A DNA stretch of 63,992 bases, the filler included, from Ministeria vibrans ATCC 50519 (Eukaryota > Protista > Filasterea): assembly GCA_943704425.1 (NCBI GenBank). It is 8 parts of 7 records of this genome, joined end to end, with 100 filler letters (N's around TTAATTAATTAA, not from the genome) between each part and the next. Parts side by side here need not be neighbours in the genome. Positions count along the whole stretch, not along the records: positions 38,385 to 52,802 come from CALSCP010001435.1; positions 52,903 to 56,501 come from CALSCP010000639.1; positions 56,602 to 61,450 come from CALSCP010002039.1; 5 more parts are not named here. One strand, given 5' to 3'. This document shows positions 50,301 through 61,550 of the stretch, piece by piece. Each line of letters begins with the position of its first letter. Position 1 is the stretch's first letter. A model generated the notes under the pieces. That model was not told where the DNA came from. It saw nothing but the letters and a program-made list of their open reading frames with translations, and searched no databases. Position numbers and translations under genes: made by a program.

Positions 50301-50952
50301 GTGCCAGCACGGATGCTCGTCGGGCTGTGCGGGCCACTGCGATCGTTCGGGTAACTGCCCTGGCTATGCGACGCAGCACAGCGTCTCCAACTCGTCGCAG
50401 TGTCATGTGGGTGCCTTTGGCATTGCCTGTAGTCACCGGTGCACAAGTGCGTGCGCCGCCGACGGCTGTGTCCTCAATGGCAACTGCCTCGGCTATCAGA
50501 AGGTTTCGCCAGCATCGCCCGCGACGCAGTGCAAGGGCAATTGGGGCAATGCCTGTGAGCATGGATGCTCGCCTGGCTGTGCGACCGAACTGTGCGGTGT
50601 CAATGGAAACTGTCCGGGGTTCACCACTGTGCTGCCGCGTGGTGCGGACACGGCATGCAAGGCGGGTGTGCACGGCATTGCGTGTGCGCATGGTTGCTGT
50701 GATGGCAGTCCCTGCAGTGGCAACGGCGCACAGTGCTTTGGGAGCGCCACCGACAACGACGATATGGTGAGGCCGCAGCAGCAGCATCATCAGAAGCAGA
50801 GCACGACTGCGCTCATCGTCGGTGTCTGTGTCGGTGCGGTGCTTGTTGTTGTCATTGCCGCGGCGGTGTTTGTCGCTCGTCGCCGTCGAGCTGGAAGCAG
50901 GAGCAAGTCGGATATGGTTGAGTTGACGGGGGTGCAGTATGTGCGACTTTGA
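47317..50952 (+). CDS. Intronless type I membrane protein with about 26 six-cysteine repeats (laminin-EGF/SCARF/MEGF10-like), 1211 aa
   Basis: Signal peptide MRVTLSVLLSLVLLPLLTDA, repeats HC..G.FGD.C...CP..C....C...G.C.G(F/Y), TM ALIVGVCVGAVLVVVIAAAVFVA, RRRR stop-transfer, tail ending YVRL*. Confidence 0.88.
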   Translation: MRVTLSVLLSLVLLPLLTDAACLNLDPNGNCIVPAVIPPEPARASWCSAGTYGGVCTAECTNCASVTCTVDGNCVGYTETAAGAPALHCTPGSYGADCQSVCPSTCVQGCTGAGLCVGFDQSANNQAAKHCTNGYFGDSCAYHCPSNCAKETCTVGGQCLGFDAPQQLESASHCQAGYFGDYCGNACPSGCATSACTAVGFCIGYQLGDVTQAASHCMAGQYGDDCSQTCSSNCANGCTTSGGRCVGFNVPAANEAASHCKPGFTGDQCTATCPENCAQKACTVDGQCIGFDAHDFESNADHCETGYFGDFCDKGCPDGCKSAGCNMGGYCNGYQHGNAMAVAAHCKTGLFGESCAQDCPAHCAQAGCTTTGRCVGFDKVMFNATAAHCVAGFFDDTCSTPCPSNCASNDCAGDGQCIGFDQESFESAASHCQPGFFGDFCDNLCPENCATITCTVGGVCIGFELKNALEAASHCKAGFFADDCSASCPANCAALGCTTTGRCLGYDQPDFREPANHCQAGWWGEHCDNGCPSACSRTDCTSGGFCVGYDENVLGAAASHCQAGSWGTQCENSCGCSTCLVGGWCSDYADPPSACADPTKWGEQCDKGCNTRCVHGCTVSGNCNGYLALTPVSQATHCQPGWFGNACNHGCTSACTAGTCDVLGNCPGYATATAVDPASFCNNHGWSIACQNGCSGGCGGEYCGMNGNCVGYQLLTSTDNVKGVCLGNENMFGDACQYGCSAGCASGQCDRSGNCPGYSKLRVVDKTTHCQVGMFGKACSHGCTNNCAADGCVVNGNCYGYETRTSIAPASHCAFRNFGDACQHGCSTTCLNQTYCGARGNCIGFQLLTSVASNDQVCRTHSFGDACQHGCSGGCARTCDRLGNCPGYATLTPVSKTSHCKTGSFGPACQWGCTTACSSDGCVVNGNCYGYERLKSTDPASHCLGGFGDACQHGCSTTCRSSKYCGYFGNCVGFEKLTSTTSSNATCVGTMFGDACQHGCSSGCAGHCDRSGNCPGYATQHSVSNSSQCHVGAFGIACSHRCTSACAADGCVLNGNCLGYQKVSPASPATQCKGNWGNACEHGCSPGCATELCGVNGNCPGFTTVLPRGADTACKAGVHGIACAHGCCDGSPCSGNGAQCFGSATDNDDMVRPQQQHHQKQSTTALIVGVCVGAVLVVVIAAAVFVARRRRAGSRSKSDMVELTGVQYVRL

Positions 50953-51977
50953 ATATTCAGAGGAGAAAAAGAAAAAGAACAAACAACGTCACAAATGAAA
51001 CGAAAGAGAGACAGAAATGAAAGTCGCAGTTCAAAATTTACATTACATCAATTATTCTGTTTCAGTTTACTCACACACTCACACAACTATTATTTAGTCT
51101 TACTTAAAGATGTGTTGAATGTCCCAACCCAGAGGCAATTTTGTAGTACAACTGTTGACCTGATCATTATAAGTCTTGTTTCACACTTGGCTTCTCAACC
51201 GGTTGTGTTGTAGTTTCGTTGTAGTGATTTTGTTTGTATTGTGATTTCATTGTGAAATTTTGAATAATTCTTTTTCTTCGTCACTTTATTTTCCATTCTC
51301 CTGGTCAGTTTCTTGCATTGAACACGTCTACCTTGTACCTGCCATGTAAGTTAATTCGCGAAAGGCGCTCTTGGTGTTATCTTTGTTACCTTTTTTCTCC
51401 CATGTACCAATATCGCCCTCTCTCTCTCCCGGCTTCCCCCCTGTCCGTTTCGGCCCTTGCGCAATGCCATACCTCCATTCCAGACCCTCCCATCCACCCC
51501 CGCGTCTTTCTTGCCCACACAATACGGCCACACGCGTTGAACGAGAGAGAGAGAGACATGAACAGACCCAACTCTGTAATTTACGAAGCTTCCTTTGGTG
51601 TGTCCCCTGGCGGCTGACGCTTTTCTTCATTTTCTGCTGCCCGTTAGTACTGCGTCTACATACATACGTCCACACACGTTCGCGAACAAGAAATTTTGGG
51701 AATTCTTTGTTTGTTTGTTTTATTATTATTCGTTTATTAAAAGCTTTATTATTCTTATTATAAACTTTTTATTTCTTATTAATATTAAAATTATTTTAAT
51801 TTTATTTTCAATCGCCAGAAAACCGAAAACAAAACACCCTTTCCTCTTCCCTAATCTTCTTTGACCGCTCCTGTTTCCATCTACCTCTCTTTAATTTCCC
51901 TTGTACGTCTTGGGGCTACATTCGTCGGGAGACAGGAAATATGATTGTAACGATGTTTCTTTTTTTCTTTTTTTAGG

Positions 51978-52699
51978 GGAAAACTTGTACACTCTGTGAT
52001 CCTTCTGGTGATCCTTTGTGCCACAATGGGGTTTGCTCGCCCTGCAGACAGGACACCTCTCCTCGACAAAGATAGAGAATTCTTTGGCAATGATGAGCTT
52101 CTCCGTCTCAATGATGAGCCGCAGTCTGTTGTTGGGGCAAAGGCCGGAGCCGCAGGCTTGCCACGACACGCACGATGTGCTCCGGGAAAATATAATGCCG
52201 CAGGCAGCTGCGAAAGATGCAATGCATGGTAACAATGGAGTAAAGACGCACTCACAGCTCACACACTGACGGGTGATTGGCTACCTTTTATAACTACAGC
52301 CAATGTTCGCCTTGGGGTAACTGCGTTGAGAACTGCAGTGAATGCGGATGCTCTAGCTACAGAAAATGGTGTCAAGACTGTCCGGGAGGGAAGGTAATGC
52401 AAAGTAGGATGGTAGAAATGTTTGCCTTATTAAATAATAATAATAAATTATTATTATGATTAAAATAATATTAATAATTTTTATTATTAATTTTGTTATT
52501 AATTTTTTTCTATTTATTTTATTATTGTAGCATTCAGATGCTCAATATGGATGTGTAAACTGCGTTCCAGGAAAATACGTGCCGGTAATAATAATAATTA
52601 TTATTATTATATTTTTTTATTATGACAATTCTATCATTGAAATTTCTCAGGTAACTTCTGGTGGTGTCACGATTTGCCTTAGCTGCACTGCAGGACGGT
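51978..52699 (+). CDS. Secreted/surface Cys-rich protein (GCC2/3 or TNFR-like repeats), partial
   Basis: Hydrophobic leader VILLVILCATMGFA, RHAR|CAPGKY...CERC, CQDCPGGK, CVNCVPGKY, CLSCTAG across short exons. Truncated at a (TTA)n run. Confidence 0.6.
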
Positions 52700-52703
52700 A
52701 GAG

Positions 52704-52802
<99 letters not shown>

Positions 52803-52902
52803 NNNNNNNNNNNNNNNNNNNNNNNNNNNNNNNNNNNNNNNNNNNNTTAATTAATTAANNNNNNNNNNNNNNNNNNNNNNNNNNNNNNNNNNNNNNNNNN
52901 NN

Positions 52903-52993
52903 GAAACAAAGTGATAGAGAGAGAGAGAGAGAGAGAGGGGGGAGAAAGAAACAAAGTGATAGAGAGAGAGAGAGGAGGGAGAAAGAAACAAAG

Positions 52994-53040
<47 letters not shown>

Positions 53041-53056
53041 GGAGAAAGAAACAAAG

Positions 53057-53097
<41 letters not shown>

Positions 53098-53230
53098 GGA
53101 GAAAGAAACAAAGTGATAGAGAGGAGGGAAACAAACAAAGTGATAAAGAAAGAGGAGGAGGGGAAGAAACAAAGTGATAGAGAGAGAGGAGGGGAAGAAA
53201 CAAAGCGAGAGAGATAGAGAGGAAGGAGAA
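52903..53230. repeat. GAAAGAAACAAAGTGATAGAGAGA minisatellite array at contig start
   Basis: Tandem units with variable (GA)n spacers. Confidence 0.9.
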
Positions 53231-53328
53231 AGAACGAGGTGATAGACAGAAAGGACGGAGAATATAGGAAGGAGAAGGAAACAGAGGTTTTATTATTTTC
53301 AACATAATTAAATTTTTTGTTATGTAGG

Positions 53329-53631
53329 GTGAGTCGTTTGCAGCGCCTTCACGTGGTTGTGCCGCGCCATCGCACCGACCTCGCTCTCAACCTCCGCATC
53401 GAAATCACTCCTTCTCCGAGCACCACTACCACTACTCCTAGAGCACCGTTTGTCATTGGCGCGCAAGTGTCCCTTCCTCGCGACTCTCTCATCGTTGTGC
53501 GTCTCCCCCACACTTACTCCCCTCCTTCCTCAGCCCGGCTCCTTCCCGCTGCGCTGGTTGCACTTGCTGGCGCTTCTTCTTCCTTGACAAATCCGACTGT
53601 CGTTCGCTCCAAAGGGAAACCCCGTTTGTAA
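53329..53631 (+). CDS. Probable terminal exon of an unidentified gene
   Basis: Follows an acceptor-like TTATGTAG. Open frame VSRLQRLHVVVP...LIVVRLPHTY...GKPRL* with no recognised family. Confidence 0.4.
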   Translation: MSRLQRLHVVVPRHRTDLALNLRIEITPSPSTTTTTPRAPFVIGAQVSLPRDSLIVVRLPHTYSPPSSARLLPAALVALAGASSSLTNPTVVRSKGKPRL

Positions 53632-53703
53632 AACAAAAAGGAATGCAAAAAAAAAAATTCATACACAGCTTTTAAAAAATGTATGTGTACTCAACACGAA
53701 CTA

Positions 53704-55883
53704 TCAGTCCTTTTGGGCGCGAGCGGAGTGGCGCGCGGCAAGGGCAAAGTTACCGGAGAGGAAGGTAACAAAGCCAGCGACAGCAAGAAGACCAAGCGCC
53801 TGGAACATGTTGAGGTGAAGCCAGAAGAGAGCGAGAATAGCGAGAATGGCACCAATGCCACCGTGGAACAGCAGCGACCACAGCGAGAACGAAAAGTTGC
53901 TCACGTTGACACCAACAGCGATCCACTACGTGACACAAATAAATAAATAAAATTAGTTGCGAGTTTTGTTTTTCGGGATCACAACACGGAAACGTTGTGT
54001 GAAGTGTGCTTACGCCAAGGAAGAGAACGGCGGCCGGGGCGAGAACGAGAGCGGTAAAGACGGTCGAGATGATCATGGGCGGGCGAGCCTCGGGTTCGCG
54101 GAAGAGATGAGCGATCTCGGGCTTGGCGACGAACGGGGAGGCGGTGGGGGTGGCGGCCTCGCCCGAGAACTTCATGTCGACGTTGGTGAGAACCCACTCA
54201 AACGAGTTGGAGACGGTAGCGCCGCCAACAATGAGCGAGACGGTGTAGAGACCCGAGGCGGAGCCGAAGCTGGCGGCACGCTCCGACAGGTCGATGGAGA
54301 AGACGTAGGAACCGGCCTGGGCGCCCGGGTATGCAACAAAGATGACCTCCTTGCCGGACGCCTGGTTAGTGAAGCGGAAGAAGACCTGGTGAGGCGAGAG
54401 TGCCTCCTTGGACTTGGCCTCGACAAGCTTGAACTTGACGACGAGCTTCTGCGACGAGTCCATCTTGGTGACGGCCGACGCCGTCTTGGGGTAGCTGACC
54501 GAGACAGGCTTGCTCTCGGCGCTTGAGATGGTGTCGGCAGTGGTGACGGTGACGTCGATGGGGGACACCTCGACGCTGACCTTGGCCGAGAGGGTCGCCT
54601 CTTCAATGGCGATGAAGCGTTCGTTGTCGCTCTTGCCAGACACAGTGAGGGTGTAGACCGCCGCCTTGGGCTTGCCCGCGAGCAGATCCAAGGTGTAGGT
54701 GAGGCCGTCCTTGTCGGCGGCAAAGTCCTGCTCGCTTGCAATCGAGTTGCCCTCGCTGTCCTCAGCCGAGTCCAGCTGCACGCTAAACTCCTCGACAACA
54801 CCGCCAAGGGCGTTGCTCACAGCAATGGCAAGCTTGTCGCTGCTGCCCGACACGAGGGCGGTGCGAATGGGTGTGATGAAGACGGGCACCTGAAAGGTGT
54901 TGGACGAGAGGACCTCGAGCGCCTTGAGCGCCGCGGCAATGTCGGTGCTGCTCTCGCTGAAGCGCGATTGAAGGAAGAACGTGGCAAGCTTGACCAGCTG
55001 CTCGGCGGAGAAGGCGGCGGGGCTCTCTTCGGTGATGGAGGCAAGGGCAAAGGCACCGCGGGTGATGAGCGACGACACTTCAACGCCGCCCTCAAACTGA
55101 AGCGTCGTGGGCGACTCGAGGGCAATGGCAACACAGTCCTCAACCGTCTCCATGGCGGTCTTGACAGCCTTGGTGTCGGCGGCCTCGCTGGCCTTGCCAC
55201 CCACCAGTCCCAGCACGCCAAAAGCGGCCGCGTACGACCAGGCACCCTCGTCGCTGTCCATGACACCAATGGCCGACTTGCTCACCACTGAGAGGTCATA
55301 GGTCGAGCCGCTCGCGTGCAGGGCCTCGACGGCGTTGGCAAAAGCAGCGGCAGACGTGGGATCGGCAACCTCGGCGTTGAGCGCCTTTTGGACCTCGGCA
55401 CTCAGCTTGACGGGGCACTTGAAGAGGGACGAGGCAACAGAGAGCGCACGCACAGCCGCAGCGTCGTCGGCAGGCTGCGCGACACCCGCGACATACGTGC
55501 AGGCACCCTTGGTGTTCTTCACGGTCGCACCGAGCGCCGCCAGACCCTCGGCAACGGCAGCGGCGACGTGGATGCAGCAGAAGGAGCCATCTGCTTTCTG
55601 CTCGCTTTGGAGTTTGCTCGTCAGACGGGCGCGGTCCGCCGCGTCAAGAGACGACGCGTTGGCAACGGATGCGATGGCAACAAGCGCAACCGCGATGGTG
55701 GCGAGACAAAGGCGAACTGAGAGAGAGAAAAAAAAAAGAGAAGAGAGAAAAAAAAAAAAAAAAAAAAAACTGGAACAGGAAAAGTTGCACGGGAACAGCG
55801 TCGGGGACGTCGAAGAGCACGACACGTGTTAGAGAGCACTTGGGCAGGGGCACGGGGGTCAACATGCTTGGTGACATACCCAT
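53704..55883 (-). CDS. RPN2: Ribophorin II (oligosaccharyltransferase delta subunit), 3 exons
   Basis: Signal peptide, PHQVFFRF, SGLYTVSLIVG, KPEIAHLFREPEARPP, LFHGGIGAIL, FWLHLNMFQAL, TFLSGN. Confidence 0.93.
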
Positions 55884-56601
55884 AGTGACAGAAACAGTCG
55901 GTAAAGGTCAAAGAAGTGATTGTACAAGTTGTGAAGTGAGAAGATCAAAAATCAAAATTATCGAAACCACAAAGGGACAAATCATTCAGCATTGCACTTT
56001 TTCAAAATAATAAATATTCACCCAAAAAAAACACACTTAACGACTCTGTCTGAGTTTAACACTTGATCCATCACCAGTGTACACAGGAGGGAGACATGTC
56101 GAAGAAGGCGGCAAGTGTAAGTTCGTGACGTTGAAAGGAAAAATCTTTTTTTGGATCACTTGCTTCGCCAAATGTCCACTAAGAGCTCTAGCGATGGTGC
56201 TGTTGGAAAGGACATCGATGCAGCTGTGCTGGAAGGCTCTCTACCATGTGGAAGTCGTCTCGGGGGCGCTGTGAATCTCAAGAGAGACACACAAAAAAAA
56301 AAAAAAAAAAAAAAGAAACGAGTTTGACGGACAAGAAATCGCAAACACACTCGTTGGCCAGTCACCCTCGAGTGTGCACTGCCGAGCAGACGCAAGCAGG
56401 TTGCCCGTCAGCAGTGACTACCATACGGCCAATGGCTGTAGGTGTCATTTTTTTCACTGTCTGCTTTCTTTTTTTTTTTTTTCCCCTCTTCGTTTGACCG
56501 TNNNNNNNNNNNNNNNNNNNNNNNNNNNNNNNNNNNNNNNNNNNNTTAATTAATTAANNNNNNNNNNNNNNNNNNNNNNNNNNNNNNNNNNNNNNNNNNN
56601 N

Positions 56602-56673
<72 letters not shown>

Positions 56674-56675
<2 letters not shown>

Positions 56676-57674
56676 AGTCTGCCCAGTCGAATACTTTGAC
56701 GTAGTCAATTGAGTGGTAGACTGGGAAGAGACCAGACGGAGAGCCTTTCACGAACCATGAGATGGCTGTGTTGAGAATAACGTACATCGGATTGTGAGGG
56801 ATGTCCACTGTCTCTGGTGTGCGCTGCCAGAAGTAGTGGCCGTCGACGGACCAGTGCAGCGATGTGGCGCTGTAGTCGACGGCAAACGTGTGGTAGTCGG
56901 CAGAGAAGTCAATCGGTGGTGACGAACTTGGAGGATACGCACTAACGGAGCACATAGTTCACTCCCACTCATCATCATCGTATCCATTGATTATTACCCG
57001 TTTTTGTGATCCCAACAGTCCTGTCCACAGCTCTTGTTTGACCAATGAAACGTCCCAAACGCGTCGTATCGCTCTCCAGCGCCGTGTCCGTACGCCTCGA
57101 GAATGTCAATCTCGCCACCTACCGCACTATGTTCACTCTCCCCCACTTATTGCGCTTCAAACCACCCCCTACCTTTGGGCCAGCACACGTTGGGAGGATG
57201 GCTTGCTTCGGGCTCGGGCATGAGCCAGTGCGCCGGCCAGATTCCGACGGAGAGAGGAGACGGGAGTTGAGCGCGGATCTCAAAGCGCCCGTAGCGATGC
57301 GAGAACTTGTGCTCTGTGCTCACCCACCCGCTGGTGTAGTGGTAGGGCGTGGATCCGTACGGCATGTCACGCTTCTGGGTGCGCAGCTGCATCGATCGAG
57401 AGAGAAATTGAAATAGACGCGAGAGAAGATCAAAACTTATCGCTTTGTTTGTTTACAATTGTACCACCAAATGTCCTTTGCCATCCAGATAGACGTCATC
57501 GGCCATGTAGAGTTGGTGCTCCTGGGTGCCATGGGTGAAGTTGTTGGCGATGGTCCAGGACGTCTCGTTGAGGTGCGTTCCCTCAAAATTGTCCTCCCAC
57601 ACCAAATGCCACGAGGCCAGGGCGCCCTGGCAGGCCAGACTGCCCACAAGAGCAAGTGTGACAAGGGTGTTCAT
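56674..57674 (-). CDS. Secreted glycoside hydrolase family 16 (laminarinase / beta-1,3-glucanase-like), 4 exons
   Basis: Signal peptide, WHLVWEDNF, YTSG, YGRFEIRAQLP, GIWPAHWLMP, catalytic GEIDILE (in a small exon near 57100), YHTFAVDY, PMYVILN, IDYVKV. Confidence 0.92.
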
Positions 57675-58248
57675 AATGAGTTGTAATAAAGTTGAAAGTT
57701 ATTTATGAAATAAGAATTGGATTATTTGAGGAGAATTTTGTTCGAAATTTGTACTGCGGAAGTAAGAAAATAATTATAATAATATAATTATAAGTTACTC
57801 AAGAGATAAAATACAATACAATGAAAAGTAATGCAATGCTTCCACTATAGTCCATAAGCTAGTCCCAAGAAGATTGAGCATCCTAAGAAAATAAAAAGAG
57901 AATGGAGATACGGCAGTAGCATAGTGCGGAGATTATGTCTCTTTTGTGTTGCTCTTTGGTGTTCATCATACTTATATTATATTATTTTCACTTTTATTCC
58001 TAATGATTGTCTTGTTTGTACGGACGTGTTTGGAAGTCTGCGGCGGAAGTATTGTGCTGCTCTTTGTTATTTGTATAGTTTTGTTTTGACATTGAGTACA
58101 GCTCTTGATCCTCTATTTATTTTCTTGATTGTCTTGTTTTTACACTAAGGTTATCTTCCTCCATACACTAACCTCAAAACGATGGAGCGCTTATTAGATC
58201 CGCAAATGCACTCTCAATATCTAATTATTACTTTTATTATTATAAATT

Positions 58249-61200
58249 TTATTCGCTTTTAACGCGCAGAAACAGACTCTTCAAAAAACGCGCCTCATAG
58301 ACAACATTGCGCTTGGCCATATCCTCCAAATCCGCATGCAACGGCTATGAATTGGGTTTAAAACAGACGCTATAATCCTCTTTTTTCCCCATTTCTGTAC
58401 CTGTTGAACGAGCGTCGAAATGTTTTTCCCGTGCACTTCACACTGCTCCAGAAACTCAACAATTTCCTGCAAGCACAAGAACACGGAAGAAATTAATGAC
58501 TGTATTACTATTATATTGTTGTCATTGTTGTTATTATTGTTATTATTATTGTCTTTGCTATTGCTGTTATTATTGTTATTATTATTGTCTTTGTTATTGC
58601 TGTTATTATTATTTTGCTGTTAATAATAGTGTGTGGTGGGTTAGAGTGAGTGAGTGAAAACAACAAAGAAAAACAAAAAAAAGTAATGATATTATTTACG
58701 TCCAAAGTGTCATCTTTGACCGTAATAAGCTGCTTGTGAAGCATGTCAAGGAGGGCCAGGAAGCAGCGCTTGGCGTAGTGCCACGTGTCGCGTCCCAATT
58801 TCTTCTGTTGTGGCTCAAGCGACTTCATCACTCGACTGATTCCAAACTCGTAATTTCCTACGTTGTTTTTTGGTTTGTTTTGGTTTGGATTGTTTTCGTT
58901 TGTTTGTGTTGCATGGTTTACCTTTTGAGCAGTAGAGCGTTCCAATGACCAAATTCACAATGCACAAATGGAATACTTTTTTGTTTGAATCGTTTTTCAT
59001 CACCTGAAAAAAAATAATCATCTTTATTAGCACGGCAGAAGCATTCTTTTGTATATAGTCTTGTTGTGACATAATAAAGTACAAGCAGTGAGAATATTGA
59101 GAGCAGAATGGAACGCAGTGTATCATAAAACAACACAACAACATACAAATAAGAGAAATACAATTTATAATAATTAATAGGCTTACAATATCCTCGTCTG
59201 CTTCAATACGACGCATGAGCTCCTCCGCAACCTCATTCTGCGCAGTCATAATGTACGCAACACACAGGTTTGCAAGGACCATTGCGGGCACTTTGAGCAG
59301 AGCCTGACTGTGTGTCTCCACAATCGGAGAGTAGAACCCAATTGCTTCTTTGAACTTGCTCTCCTGTGTGTATGTGTTGGATCGTCAGTAGTATTACTAA
59401 AAGTTCTTAGTGTTTGGAGATATATATATATATATATATATATAATATGTATATATATAATTATATATATATATAATATGTATATGCGGGCAATATTAAT
59501 GAGTTAAGAATGAGTTTGGAGTGAGTTTAGAGTGTGTTTGACAGTGAGTTTGAGTGACAGATAGAAATTAATACAAATGAATTCAAAATGCGAGTGAGTG
59601 AGTGCGTGATGGTGTGTTGTGTTCGTGCCTGCATGAAGAGAACGTGTGCGACATTGAGTTTCCAGATTTCCTGATCGTGACAGAAATCGACAGATTTGCG
59701 GAATATTTTCTCGACAGCGGAATAGTCATGTTTGTCCCAGTGGATCTTCGCCTGAGCCATTAGAATGGGAAGGTACCTTGCAAGAGAAAAGAGGAAAACA
59801 ATCGTTAGGAGAGAGAGGTTACGGTTGAGGGGTTAGAATTAAAGTTGGGGATACGGTGAAGGCAAGGGCTAGGTTCGGAAATGTAAAATTAATGACGTTG
59901 ATTACTGTTGAACTGTCTGGTCGTATTGGAGCACCAATTTCTCAATCTTTGCGTTGGCTGCCTGTGACGCCCGCAGTTCCTTTACTTCAGCCGTCAGAGT
60001 GCGCAGGCGCTCGATATGCGTTGCTGCCATTTCGTCCATTTTACGATAGGCCTAAACAATATTAATAGGAATAATTATCAGTCATAAAAATGAAATAGAA
60101 TAGAATAAACGAATAATAATGAACTCATTAGCAGCTGTGCTGACTTTGTGTTACCTCTTTTTCATCCGTTTGTTGTGTAATTAGCGCATCGAGAAAATCA
60201 AACAAATACTATAAAACACAGGTTAAGCAGGAGAGTGAGAGAAAGCGAGAGACTCACCTGACTCATATGAGTGACAGTCAAATGAGCATTTTCGGCCAAC
60301 ACGTCAGCGGCCAAATCATAGTAGGAATGAGTACAGTACAGCACAAGCAGATTGGCAAAGGTCTCGTGTGGAGACGGATTTTGTTGCACTAGGAACTGCA
60401 GTTTCTCAAAGCCACTCGACTGGATGTTTGAAACAGGAGAGAGAGTGTGTGTGTTAGTGTGATATTGAGTGATTATTTTAGTGATATGTCTGTGAATAAA
60501 TGGAGTCTGATATTGATAATGAGTTGGTTATTTCATATTTTTGTGCGTGTGAGAGAGAGAGAGAGTTGAGTGAGGTGAGAACACAACCAATTTCGACTTT
60601 GTTTTGAATGTTATTACGGGATCTTCTTCCATTTCCAAGAGCGCTCTGTTGTGCAGAGTGACTGGATCAAGTTCACTCTCATCACGTGGAGGCATATCGT
60701 CAAGAGCCTCGCGCGCCGCATCGTCTGAACATGGAGTATATTAGTCAGTATAGTGTGCGTTTTTTAATAAAGAAATAAGCAGAGTTAGTGAGAGGGCATG
60801 ACAATAAATAGAAGCAAATCACACAACCCCCAAAAACGCACACGACAGATAAACCAACCACACATTTACAAACACAATGTTGTCAATGTCGTACAATCCT
60901 TGGTCTGCATCTCAATTGCTGCTTTCAAGTTGAGTGCCTCCACCAACGCACTCTGAGCCAGCACTACTGTGTTCCCCACAGACCGCGCCCCATCCACACC
61001 AGTTCCACCCCCATTTGCGTTCTGTCTCTTCCGCCCTGCTTCTCCGTTCATCATTAGCTCTCTCAGCCCCCCCACGTTTAGTTCTGGATGCGCTTTTACT
61101 CCCTTTTCAATTATGTCCCCTATTTTTTTCAGTGCCGCTCCAAACCTATAATAATCGTTGTCAGTCGGTACGTCTTTCTTACTTTTTATTCTCTGTTGTT

Positions 61201-61286
61201 TCTACCGCTTAAGTTTGTAATTGCACAACGCAACACTGTACAACAACAAAGGAACTTCACCGCACACTCCAATTGCTTTGGTAAAC
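58249..61286 (-). CDS. IFT70: Intraflagellar transport protein IFT70 / TTC30 (fleer), 5' partial, multi-exon
   Basis: HPELNVG..RSVGNT, LNLKAAIE, DMPPRDESELDPVTLHN, PHETFANLL, WKLNVAHVLFMQ, VLANLCVAYIMT.QNE.AEELM, HLCIVNLVIGTLYCSKGNYEFGISR. Confidence 0.94.
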
Positions 61287-61355
61287 CTATTATAAACGGC
61301 CAGAGACATTCAGTCAGATACAAAAAAACACACACACCACAAAGACAGACAGACA

Positions 61356-61450
<95 letters not shown>

Positions 61451-61550
61451 NNNNNNNNNNNNNNNNNNNNNNNNNNNNNNNNNNNNNNNNNNNNTTAATT
61501 AATTAANNNNNNNNNNNNNNNNNNNNNNNNNNNNNNNNNNNNNNNNNNNN

